64,000 nucleotides of DNA. Origin: Candidatus Levyibacteriota bacterium (lineage in GTDB: Bacteria > Patescibacteriota > Microgenomatia > Levybacterales > UBA12049). Positions 40,074 through 48,421 of the stretch are shown one piece after another (the first letter of the stretch is position 1; each line of letters begins with the position of its first letter). The notes below the pieces were generated by a model. It was not told the DNA's origin and searched no databases. It was given only the letters and a program-made list of their open reading frames with translations. The position numbers and the translations under genes are program-made. The stretch covers positions 33,913 through 97,912 of the forward strand of contig JBBRCK010000002.1 of NCBI GenBank assembly GCA_038205015.1, read 5' to 3'.

Positions 40074-40730
40074 TTAAAAAGTACGAATACCTTTTCGTTG
40101 AATATTTACTTTATGTGTATTAGCTATTTTAAAATAGTTTCCATCAGTTTCTATTACGACATACCCGGTATTTTCAATAGAGCCACTAGGTAAATGATGA
40201 AATTTAGCATGCCCGATATAATTTAAAAAACATCTTATTATATTGCCATGAGAAACAATCATTATTGTTTGATTCTTGTGAATAACTAATATTTCTTTTA
40301 GATAATTAATTAATCTAATTGCTGCTTCTTCTACGCTTTCCATTTCATTTGTATGTTTATATTCTAAAATTTCTTTTTCGCTTAGATTACTTAAATCTTT
40401 TTGGATATCTTTTCTTAACTCTTGTTCAGATTTACCACTTAAGGTCATTAAATAGTGCCAAAAATTTCTTTCTCTTATCTGATTAGTTAGTGCAAGATTA
40501 AGATTTTTATTCTTGGCAATAAATTCTGCAGTTTGCTTTGTTCTATTTAAGTCAGATGAATAAATTGCATCTATTTTTGTATTTCTAAATTCTTTTGTTA
40601 AATCTTTTGCTTGTTTAATTCCATTATTTGTAAGTTTGCTTTCAAATTCATCACTTTTTACCTTATATTGTCCTATGTTATCAAATGATTCGGCATGTCT
40701 TACTAAATAAATTGTTGTTAAGTTATTCAT
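40074..40730 (-). CDS. Histidine phosphatase family protein (phosphoglycerate-mutase-like).
   Basis: 218 aa. N-terminal RHG motif (IYLVRHAESFDN) with a downstream catalytic His. Overlaps gatC by 8 nt. Confidence 0.7.
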   Translation of the reverse strand: MNNLTTIYLVRHAESFDNIGQYKVKSDEFESKLTNNGIKQAKDLTKEFRNTKIDAIYSSDLNRTKQTAEFIAKNKNLNLALTNQIRERNFWHYLMTLSGKSEQELRKDIQKDLSNLSEKEILEYKHTNEMESVEEAAIRLINYLKEILVIHKNQTIMIVSHGNIIRCFLNYIGHAKFHHLPSGSIENTGYVVIETDGNYFKIANTHKVNIQRKGIRTF

Positions 40731-41007
40731 TATTAAAAATTGCGTTTACTTTAAATAAACCATTGTGTATTGATTTTGCGTTAGATAAGGCTTGTTCTTG
40801 GGTTAGCGAAGGTTTTGCGATATCATCGCGGACAATATTCTCTAGGCCAGTAACTTGGCTAGTTGGTTCGATACCTTTTGTATCCACAGTATTTAACTCC
40901 TCAACGTATCTAATGGTTTCTTCAAGTTGGGTTTCAAGTTTGGTTTTTTCTTCGGGGGTTAGTGGAAGATTTGCGAGTTTTGCTATATGTGTAACATCTA
41001 TTTTCAT
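40723..41007 (-). CDS. gatC: Asp/Glu-tRNA amidotransferase subunit C.
   Basis: 94 aa. IAKLANLPLTPEE...EELNTVDT is typical of GatC. Confidence 0.8.
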   Translation of the reverse strand: MKIDVTHIAKLANLPLTPEEKTKLETQLEETIRYVEELNTVDTKGIEPTSQVTGLENIVRDDIAKPSLTQEQALSNAKSIHNGLFKVNAIFNNE

Positions 41008-41015
41008 CCCAATTA

Positions 41016-41768
41016 TTATATTGTAATACCGAGCTTTTTAGCAACTTGCAGTCTTGCGTTTTCTTCCAGGGTGTCATCAAGAGTTTTAAGCTCAATTATT
41101 TTTTTATATTTAACCTGTAATGCTTTAGAAATTAAATAATCTGCCAGCATGGGATTTTTAGGTAATATTGGTCCATGAAAATATGTTCCGATCGAATTCT
41201 TATAAATTGCCCCCTCTTCTTTTGATGCTTCGTTACTTCCAAAACCTTTAATTACTTTTCCTAGCGGCTTAATACTGCTGCCAAGTATAGTTCGGCCTCC
41301 ATGGTTTTCAAATCCGATAATAGTGGTTGGCTTAGTAAATAAATCGATGTTTTCAATTGCAATATTTCCAATCAGGCGTTCTCCTCCAGGATTTTCGGTA
41401 TACATATCAAGTATTCCAAGTTGAGGTAATTTATTATCGTTGGCGGTTTTATAATATTCTCCTAAGTACTGAAAACCTCCACAAATATAAAGTCCGGGAA
41501 TACCTGATTCAATTATTGTTTTTAATGTTTCCTTTTTCTTAATTAAGTCTTTAGCAACAATTTCCTGTTGGGTATCTTGTGCTCCGCCCATCATTATTAA
41601 ATCTAAAGATAAAAGGTCTTGTTTTGTTGAATCAATTCCTATATTTTTAACCTCAGTCTCAATACCGCGCCAATGGCATCTTTTTTGTAATACGATAATA
41701 TTACCTCTGTCTCCATAGGTACTCATTAATTCAGGATATAGCCAGCCAATGGTTAATTTAAGCTTCAT
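41016..41768 (-). CDS. gatD: Lipid II isoglutaminyl synthase glutaminase subunit GatD (CobB/CobQ-type GATase).
   Basis: 250 aa. GDRGNII, ICGGFQYLGEYY, GFENHGGRT and HGPILPKNP closely match S. aureus GatD motifs. Confidence 0.8.
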   Translation of the reverse strand: MKLKLTIGWLYPELMSTYGDRGNIIVLQKRCHWRGIETEVKNIGIDSTKQDLLSLDLIMMGGAQDTQQEIVAKDLIKKKETLKTIIESGIPGLYICGGFQYLGEYYKTANDNKLPQLGILDMYTENPGGERLIGNIAIENIDLFTKPTTIIGFENHGGRTILGSSIKPLGKVIKGFGSNEASKEEGAIYKNSIGTYFHGPILPKNPMLADYLISKALQVKYKKIIELKTLDDTLEENARLQVAKKLGITI

Positions 41769-43045
41769 AATATTTTTTTGCCTGTTAAAATTTTTCTTAT
41801 TTCAAGCATTGCCGAGTAATTAGCAAGAATATAAAGTGTTTCGCTATCATCTAAATTTCCCAGAATTTTTGTAATACCTAATTCTAAATCAGTAAATACG
41901 TGATTAAAACAATCTGTATATTTTAGCCTTAAAGACAGGTCTTCTTTTCTATCGCCGCAAACTGAAATATTCATATCTTTTTCCAAGAGCCTTTCAAAAT
42001 CTATATCCCAAATCCAGGAAACATCAAGTCCATCAGGAATTTGGTCATTTAATGCAAATAACAAGTTTTTTCCGTTTAATTTATTAACGGTATCCAAAGA
42101 CTCGTTAAAACTAATTGGGTTTTTGGATAAAAATATTTTTACTTTTCTATTTTTGTAAATAATTTCTTCTTGTCTCCCAAAAGCAGGTTTAAATTCTTTT
42201 AATGCCTTTTCGATTTGGGCATTTTCAAGTCCCAAAGCTTTTGAAAAGACTACGCTGGCAAGTGTATTGTAAATAGCATAAGTGCCAGACAGCGGATAAT
42301 AAGAAAAACTGGTCATATCAGGCTTTGGTCTCTTAAGTTGACAGTTAGGACAATCCCAAATTCCTAAATGAGAAAAATAGTAGCTTTCAAAATTTAACTT
42401 AGTCATACAATTAGGGCATAAAATTGAATCTGCTCCGTGTTGAATAAGTTTTGTTTGAAGTGATTTTTCGCTTAGTCCGAAGTAATATGTTTTAAGCTTT
42501 AGTTTTAATCCTAAAAATGCAATCTGTGGGTCATCGGCATTTAAGATAAGAGTTGTATTTTTATATTTTCCGATTGTTTTCTTCCACTTCTTAGCAATCG
42601 AGTCGATTTCTCCATATCTATCGAGTTGATCTCTAAATAGATTTAAGGCAATAAGATAATCTGGCTCAATCTTTTCTGATAATACAGAAAGGGCATTCTC
42701 ATCAACTTCAAATATCGCAACCTCTTTTTTTAAATTTCCCAAAAAATCTGAATTAATTATTAGAGACGAAGCAACCCCGCTTAATAAATTTGCGCCTGAG
42801 GAATTAATCATTATTTTAATGTTATTTTTTTCAAGAATTGTCTCGATTAACTTTGAGGTGGTTGTTTTTCCATTGGTACCAACAACAAATACAGTTTTTA
42901 ACTTATTTTTCTTTAAAACTTCTTGAACAAATTTTTTATTTAACTTTAAGGCAATGTGTCCGGGCCAAGTTGAGCCATTTCCTAGGTTTAATCTGGTACT
43001 GACAAAAGATAGAGCCTTTCCTAAAAAAAATATTAAATTGTTCAT
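41765..43045 (-). CDS. murT: Lipid II isoglutaminyl synthase MurT (Mur-ligase-like with Cys4 zinc ribbon and DUF1727).
   Basis: 426 aa. Nucleotide-binding loop VVGTNGKTTTSKLI, zinc ribbon CPNC...CPNC, and a Mur-ligase central domain. Coupled to gatD by ATGA overlap. Confidence 0.8.
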   Translation of the reverse strand: MNNLIFFLGKALSFVSTRLNLGNGSTWPGHIALKLNKKFVQEVLKKNKLKTVFVVGTNGKTTTSKLIETILEKNNIKIMINSSGANLLSGVASSLIINSDFLGNLKKEVAIFEVDENALSVLSEKIEPDYLIALNLFRDQLDRYGEIDSIAKKWKKTIGKYKNTTLILNADDPQIAFLGLKLKLKTYYFGLSEKSLQTKLIQHGADSILCPNCMTKLNFESYYFSHLGIWDCPNCQLKRPKPDMTSFSYYPLSGTYAIYNTLASVVFSKALGLENAQIEKALKEFKPAFGRQEEIIYKNRKVKIFLSKNPISFNESLDTVNKLNGKNLLFALNDQIPDGLDVSWIWDIDFERLLEKDMNISVCGDRKEDLSLRLKYTDCFNHVFTDLELGITKILGNLDDSETLYILANYSAMLEIRKILTGKKIL

Positions 43046-43047
43046 TA

Positions 43048-43950
43048 CTACATGCTGCGAAGGATTTTTATTCTTTCTTCAATTGAAGGATGTGTGTCAA
43101 ACAAAGATACAAACATTTGTTTTGTATTTTTTCCTTTAAATGGGTTGACAATAAATAGATGTGCTGTTGCATTGCTGGCTGATTTCAAAGTATTTTTATT
43201 TTGCTCAAGTTTTTCCAAAGCACTGGCTAATCCCTCAGGATATCTGGTTAAAAGTGCTCCGGAGGCATCCGCTAAAAATTCTCTTTTTCTTGAAATTGCC
43301 AGCTGAATTAAAGTTGCTGCAATGGGGGATAAAATCGCGAGAATTATGCCAATAATTAAAAAAACAGATTGTAAGCTGTTATCTTTACTATCTCTGCCTC
43401 TTCCAAATCCGCCAAACCAAAGCTGGTTAGTAAAAAGATTAGAAAGTATTGCCACAAATCCGACCAATATCGCCACAATTCCCATTAGCCTGATGTCAAA
43501 ATTTTTAACATGGGATAGTTCATGGGCAATTACACCCTCAAGCTCGCTTTTATCCAGTATTGCAAGAATGCCTGATGTTACACAAACTATTGCATGCTTA
43601 GGATCCCTGCCGGTTGCAAATGCGTTAGGGGAGGGGTCGTTAATTAAATATATTCTGGGCAAGGGAATCCCATCTCCTATACAAAGGTTTTCAACAATTC
43701 TAAAAAGCTCAGGATTATCCTGTTTTGCAATTTCTTTCGCGCCTGTGGTTGCCAAAATTATTTTATCGGAATAGTAATAGCTGCTAACGCTAGTAATAGT
43801 TGCCAGAATAAGTGCAATTACTGCAAAACCTATTCCATAGCCAAGTGCTTTGGAAAACACATAAACAAGGGTAGTTATTATTAAAACAAACAATAACATT
43901 ATCGCCCAAGTTTTATTTTTATTTGAAGATATAGCTGAGTATATATTCAT
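43048..43950 (-). CDS. htpX: M48-family zinc metalloprotease HtpX.
   Basis: 300 aa with TM helices. HEXXH as GVIAHELSHVKN. Confidence 0.75.
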   Translation of the reverse strand: MNIYSAISSNKNKTWAIMLLFVLIITTLVYVFSKALGYGIGFAVIALILATITSVSSYYYSDKIILATTGAKEIAKQDNPELFRIVENLCIGDGIPLPRIYLINDPSPNAFATGRDPKHAIVCVTSGILAILDKSELEGVIAHELSHVKNFDIRLMGIVAILVGFVAILSNLFTNQLWFGGFGRGRDSKDNSLQSVFLIIGIILAILSPIAATLIQLAISRKREFLADASGALLTRYPEGLASALEKLEQNKNTLKSASNATAHLFIVNPFKGKNTKQMFVSLFDTHPSIEERIKILRSM

Positions 43951-43952
43951 GT

Positions 43953-44498
43953 TTAAAAACTAACTTTGACTGGTTTTTTATCATCTTCAGTTGCTCCAAA
44001 AAATTCTGCATCTTTAAAGTTAAAGAGTTTTGCAAAAAATACGTTTGGAAAAACTCGTAACTTTGTGTTGTAATCCAAGACATTTGAGTTATAGAACTGT
44101 CTTGAGTAAGCAACTTTATTTTCCGTGTCGGAAAGTTCACCTTGAAGCTCCATAAAGTTTTGGCTAGCCTTTAAATCTGGATAGCTTTCTGCTACTGCAA
44201 AAATTGATTTCAAAGTATCGCTAAGTTGAGAATTTGCTGCAGCTTTTTCTTGTGGTCCTTTTGCAGAAACTAAATTAGCTCTTTCTTTTGTTACTTTCTC
44301 AAAAAGATCTTTTTCGTGTTTGGCATAACCTTTTACGGCTTCAACCAAATTTGGAATTAAATCAGCTCTTCTTTTAAGTTGAACATCAATTTGCGAGAGA
44401 GCTTCTGATACTCGCATCTTTGCAACAATGATGCTGTTATACAGAAACCATACAAAAACAAGTACTAGTCCTATTCCTAATATTAAGTAAATATTCAT
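43953..44498 (-). CDS. lemA: LemA-family protein.
   Basis: 181 aa with an N-terminal TM helix. Conserved LemA core [38 protein letters not shown] lies upstream. Confidence 0.75.
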   Translation of the reverse strand: MNIYLILGIGLVLVFVWFLYNSIIVAKMRVSEALSQIDVQLKRRADLIPNLVEAVKGYAKHEKDLFEKVTKERANLVSAKGPQEKAAANSQLSDTLKSIFAVAESYPDLKASQNFMELQGELSDTENKVAYSRQFYNSNVLDYNTKLRVFPNVFFAKLFNFKDAEFFGATEDDKKPVKVSF

Positions 44499-44518
44499 TT
44501 AATCGTGGCACCTCCTTT

Positions 44519-46327
44519 CTATTTTTCAATCCAATTTCTAAATTCATTATACGATAAAGAGTTTAAGATGTCATTTTTTGTTGCCCATCCACGTCTCGCC
44601 ATAAATATTCCGTATTTTTGCATATCCATTTGATTCTTTGCGTGGCTATCAGAATCAATAACCAGTTTTACTCCAGCATTTATCGCCATTTTTATATTTG
44701 AATCGGTTAAATCTAGACGCCCAGGCCAACTATTGATTTCTAAAGCTTTATTATTTTTATTACAAAAATTGAATAATTTCTCCCAATCTAATTCATATCC
44801 CGGTCTAGCGTTTAACAGTCTTCCAGTAGGGTGGGCGAGTATTTTAGCTTTTGGATGTGATAATCCATTTATAATTCTCTCGGTCATTTTCTCTTTATCC
44901 ATATTAAAAACGCTATGAATAGAAATAATTACTGCGTCAAGCAAGTTTAGCGATTTATTATCGATTGCAAGTTTTCCTGAGGGTAAAATATCAACTTCGA
45001 GCAATTTAATTATTCGAACATATTTATTGCTAGATTTAAGTTGCTCAATTTTTTCATTGCGTTTATTTATGATTTCGTATATTTTTTCATTGGTATGCTT
45101 ACTTAAACTAGGATTATGCTCTGAAAATCCTAAATATTCATAATTGAGTTCTTTTGCCTTGATTAGCATTTCTTCCATTGAATTATTTCCTAAATCGTGG
45201 CTTGGTTCTATTGGAAAGCTCGAGTGAATGTGCAAATCTCCTTTTAAATCGTTAATTTTTATTAAATCAGGAAGTTTCTTTCTATCTGCAAGTTCAATTT
45301 CGCCAGTGTCTTCCCTAATTTCTGGGGGAATCCAAGGTAATCCAATAGCGTTATAAAATTTTTCCTCATCTTCATATTTAGTAATTTTGCCATCCTTAGA
45401 TTTTATTCCATATTCAGATAAAGATAGTTTCTTTTTTAAAGCATATTCTCTTAGATGAACATTATGATTTTTGCTGCCTGTAAAGTGTTGCAGTAAAGAG
45501 CCGAATGCATCGCTTGGTTGGATTAAAAGATCAACCTGTCTGCCTCCGGATACCAAAAGTGAGGCTGAAATATCTCCTTTTTCAATTATTCTCTCTTTCC
45601 CGGGATAGTTTACGAAATATTCAATTACGTTTTTAGAATTTTTTGAGGCTACTGCCAAATCAATATCACCTACAGTTGGCATGCGTCTTCTTAGACTACC
45701 AAGAGCCTCAACTTTATCAACATCAGGACATTGTTTTAAATACAAAATAAGCTTTTCGGCAATCTCAAAAGCGTAAGGTAAAGTCATTCTGGTGGTTTTA
45801 CCTTTTCCTTCTTTAAATTCGGCAATTGCTCTTAAGATATCTGCTTGTGACTTTTCTCCAAAACCCTCTAAAGACGCGATTTTACCTTTACTTGCAAGTT
45901 TTGCTAGCTCCTTAATTACTGTTTTAGGATCTGATAGGTTAAATTTATGCACCAGCTTATATGCTCTTTTAGGACCAAAAGATGGAATATCCATCAGCAC
46001 AAAGACGGATTCGGGAATATCCTTTAAAGCCCATTCAAACTGTGCCGTTGTTCCTGTTTTAAATAAATCAATTAAGTGAGATTGTATTGTTCTCCCAACT
46101 CCAGAAAGCTGGTCTAGTTTATTTTCGCGGTAGTAATCTTTTAATTCACCGGTAAGGTTAGCAATTGTATCTGCTGCTCTTTGATAAGCGATAATCTGAA
46201 AGCGAAATTTATTTTCATCTTTGATAATATATGAGGCTGCGACATTTTTTAAAAGTTTTGAGATTTCAAGGTTACTCACAGTTAAAAAATAATAGCACTT
46301 AGTAAGGTCTGGTACAAGGCTTGTCAT
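44519..46327 (-). CDS. polX: DNA polymerase X family protein with a C-terminal PHP phosphoesterase domain.
   Basis: 602 aa. N-terminal Pol-beta-like HhH and nucleotidyltransferase (GSLRRRMPTVGDIDL). C-terminal PHP (HIHSSFP...DSDSH). Confidence 0.8.
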   Translation of the reverse strand: MTSLVPDLTKCYYFLTVSNLEISKLLKNVAASYIIKDENKFRFQIIAYQRAADTIANLTGELKDYYRENKLDQLSGVGRTIQSHLIDLFKTGTTAQFEWALKDIPESVFVLMDIPSFGPKRAYKLVHKFNLSDPKTVIKELAKLASKGKIASLEGFGEKSQADILRAIAEFKEGKGKTTRMTLPYAFEIAEKLILYLKQCPDVDKVEALGSLRRRMPTVGDIDLAVASKNSKNVIEYFVNYPGKERIIEKGDISASLLVSGGRQVDLLIQPSDAFGSLLQHFTGSKNHNVHLREYALKKKLSLSEYGIKSKDGKITKYEDEEKFYNAIGLPWIPPEIREDTGEIELADRKKLPDLIKINDLKGDLHIHSSFPIEPSHDLGNNSMEEMLIKAKELNYEYLGFSEHNPSLSKHTNEKIYEIINKRNEKIEQLKSSNKYVRIIKLLEVDILPSGKLAIDNKSLNLLDAVIISIHSVFNMDKEKMTERIINGLSHPKAKILAHPTGRLLNARPGYELDWEKLFNFCNKNNKALEINSWPGRLDLTDSNIKMAINAGVKLVIDSDSHAKNQMDMQKYGIFMARRGWATKNDILNSLSYNEFRNWIEK

Positions 46328-46367
46328 TGACTAGGTTTCAATAATTTGTTAGGATACTTTCAGTTTT

Positions 46368-46442
46368 GGGGTGGTAGCTCAGTTTGGTTAGAGCGCTTCC
46401 CTGTCACGGAAGAGGTCGCGGGTTCGAGTCCCGTTCACCCCG
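46368..46442 (+). tRNA. tRNA-Asp (anticodon GTC).
   Basis: Manual cloverleaf. Acceptor GGGGTGG/TCACCCC, D-arm GCTC-AGTTTGGTTA-GAGC, anticodon stem CTTCC/GGAAG with loop CTGTCAC, T-arm GCGGG-TTCGAGT-CCCGT, discriminator G. CCA is not encoded. Confidence 0.85.
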
Positions 46443-46551
46443 CACATTCGACGCACCAGAACTGCCCACAAAGTTGGATGTAAAAGTTTTTGGGAACGTG
46501 ACGGAAAGTATAACTCACTAACTAAAACTATTTAAAATAACTTCTGTCCAG

Positions 46552-46559
46552 AAAGGAGG
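46552..46559 (+). promoter_or_regulatory. Shine-Dalgarno sequence AAAGGAGG for the LysM gene.
   Basis: Perfect anti-SD complement lies 3-6 nt upstream of ATG 46563. Confidence 0.5.
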
Positions 46560-46562
46560 AAA

Positions 46563-47147
46563 ATGCCCAAAAAAACATTAAAAAAATCTGTTGTAAAAAA
46601 AGATGGATATCTTGCTCAAATTAATTGGGGAGAATCTTATACCAGCTTATTTTTAGGCGCAGTTGTGGTAGTCGTTGCATTAATTTTACTTTTCTCATTC
46701 TTGAAAGCTAGAAATATGCAAAACCAACAAACTCAATCTACTTCTACAACTTCTGGTGAAGTAGTAAGAGAAACAAGGCCGAAAACATACACAGTAAAAG
46801 AAGGAGAAAGCCTTTGGCAAATATCGGAAAAAATATATAAATCGGGGTATAACTGGGTGGATTTAGCAAGCGCTAATCACTTAGTAAATCCAGGAATTCT
46901 TTTTGTTAACACAAAATTAATCGTTCCAGATGTTATGTCAAAACAAATAACTGTTGTTAACGCTGCAGTTGAGCAAAGCTTAATTAAAGGGGATACCTAT
47001 ACTGTAAAAAAGGGTGATTATCTTTGGAATATAGCAATAAGAGCTTATGGGGATGGATACAAATGGGTTGAAATTGCAAAAGCTAATAATTTAGCCAATC
47101 CAAGTTTAATCTATTCTGGAAACGTTCTTAGGCTTCCAAGGCAATAA
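46563..47147 (+). CDS. LysM-repeat protein (two LysM domains) with an N-terminal TM anchor.
   Basis: 194 aa. Two copies of YTVK.GE.LW.I....YG.GY.W..IA.AN.L.NP..I.....L..P. Confidence 0.75.
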   Translation: MPKKTLKKSVVKKDGYLAQINWGESYTSLFLGAVVVVVALILLFSFLKARNMQNQQTQSTSTTSGEVVRETRPKTYTVKEGESLWQISEKIYKSGYNWVDLASANHLVNPGILFVNTKLIVPDVMSKQITVVNAAVEQSLIKGDTYTVKKGDYLWNIAIRAYGDGYKWVEIAKANNLANPSLIYSGNVLRLPRQ

Positions 47148-48263
47148 TCTAAAAAGCAGGAAAAGTTGAAGGATAAGTAATATTAATCCGCCAAAAAATA
47201 CATGTGACTGAATAAGTTGCGGGTAATTTAATGGTGACTTTAAGTTTGTTGAAATTAGTAGATAACTTATAAAAAGAACTATATATAAAAATATCCCTTG
47301 TTCTCCTTTAGCGTATTTCTTGATAAAAAAATAAGTTGTAATAAAAGGGACTAGGCTCCAGACGAAATGGTGTTGCCACGAGAAGCTATTTAAAAGTAAG
47401 CTGGCTGTAATTATAGTGCTAATTTCTAAATTTATTGTGAATTTATCTTTCAGCTTACTCAAAACTATCGGTAAAAAAGTAAATATTAAAATAATTATGC
47501 TTACCAAACCTCTAATAAATCCCCTATAAGTAGGGTCAACTCCTGCGCGAACTATTACACCGGACAACGACTGGTTGTAGTAATATCCTTGCCAGGCATT
47601 TACTAATGTTGGAAGAATTTTTTGATAGAAATATATATTTATTTCTTGTCTTACAAAGATAAATGAAAATAATAATCCGAGAATTGTTACTACTACAAGA
47701 ATAAATAAAGCTTTCCATTTTCTTTTAAGGATTAAATATAATGGCATAATAAGAGGAAAAAATTTTAATAGAAGCGATAATCCCAGGAATGGAATTGCTT
47801 TAATTTCTGATTTATTAAAATAGTAAATGAAAATGCATAAACAAAGAAGAATAAGCATATTAATTTGTCCCATTCCCAGCGTGTATTTAGCTGGAAACGA
47901 TAAAAAAACCAGCGATGATAAGATTAATCCAAGCGAAGAAGAGAATTTGATTTCGTAAACTTTAAATAATAGTTTTAAAGAAATAAGCAATGCAAAGATA
48001 GATAAAATTATCCATAGCTTTTGTGCAACAGCGAACGAAAGAATAGAAAGTGGCAGAAAAAATATGAATATAAATGGTGGATAAACAGAAGGGGTAAATA
48101 AATTTTTATTCGCTAAATAAGGGTTTATGTCCTGGATTGAAATGATCGGATTATAGTAATAGCTTCGAAAATCCGGAAAAGAATCGTTAAAAATTACTTT
48201 AGACATTAATAGAAAAGCGACTACGAACAAAACTATCGGGAAAACTTTAGATAAAAATTTCAT
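47106..48263 (-). CDS. Polytopic membrane protein, possibly a DUF2029/GT87-like glycosyltransferase.
   Basis: 385 aa with about 11 TM helices. Overlaps the convergent LysM gene by 42 bp. Confidence 0.35.
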   Translation of the reverse strand: MKFLSKVFPIVLFVVAFLLMSKVIFNDSFPDFRSYYYNPIISIQDINPYLANKNLFTPSVYPPFIFIFFLPLSILSFAVAQKLWIILSIFALLISLKLLFKVYEIKFSSSLGLILSSLVFLSFPAKYTLGMGQINMLILLCLCIFIYYFNKSEIKAIPFLGLSLLLKFFPLIMPLYLILKRKWKALFILVVVTILGLLFSFIFVRQEINIYFYQKILPTLVNAWQGYYYNQSLSGVIVRAGVDPTYRGFIRGLVSIIILIFTFLPIVLSKLKDKFTINLEISTIITASLLLNSFSWQHHFVWSLVPFITTYFFIKKYAKGEQGIFLYIVLFISYLLISTNLKSPLNYPQLIQSHVFFGGLILLILQLFLLFRLLPWKPKNVSRID

Positions 48264-48306
48264 TTTGAGAAAATTATAGCATTTGTTGTGATAAAATATT
48301 TAAGTC

Positions 48307-48377
48307 GCGGGATTAGTACACCGGTAGTATGCTACCTTCCCAAGGTAGAGAAGCGAGTTCAATTCTCGTATCCCGCT
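48307..48377 (+). tRNA. tRNA-Gly (anticodon CCC).
   Basis: Manual cloverleaf. Acceptor GCGGGAT/ATCCCGC, D-arm GTAC-ACCGGTA-GTAT, anticodon stem CTACC/GGTAG with loop TTCCCAA, T-arm GCGAG-TTCAATT-CTCGT, discriminator T. Confidence 0.8.
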
Positions 48378-48387
48378 CAAAAAATCA

Positions 48388-48416
48388 TTGACTACCTCTT
48401 AAAACTTTGATATAGT
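48388..48416 (+). promoter_or_regulatory. Sigma70-like promoter (TTGACT-17-TATAGT) for pyrG.
   Basis: -35 at 48388-48393 and -10 at 48411-48416. The predicted TSS at about 48423 coincides with the annotated GTG start. Confidence 0.35.
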
Positions 48417-48421
48417 AAATC

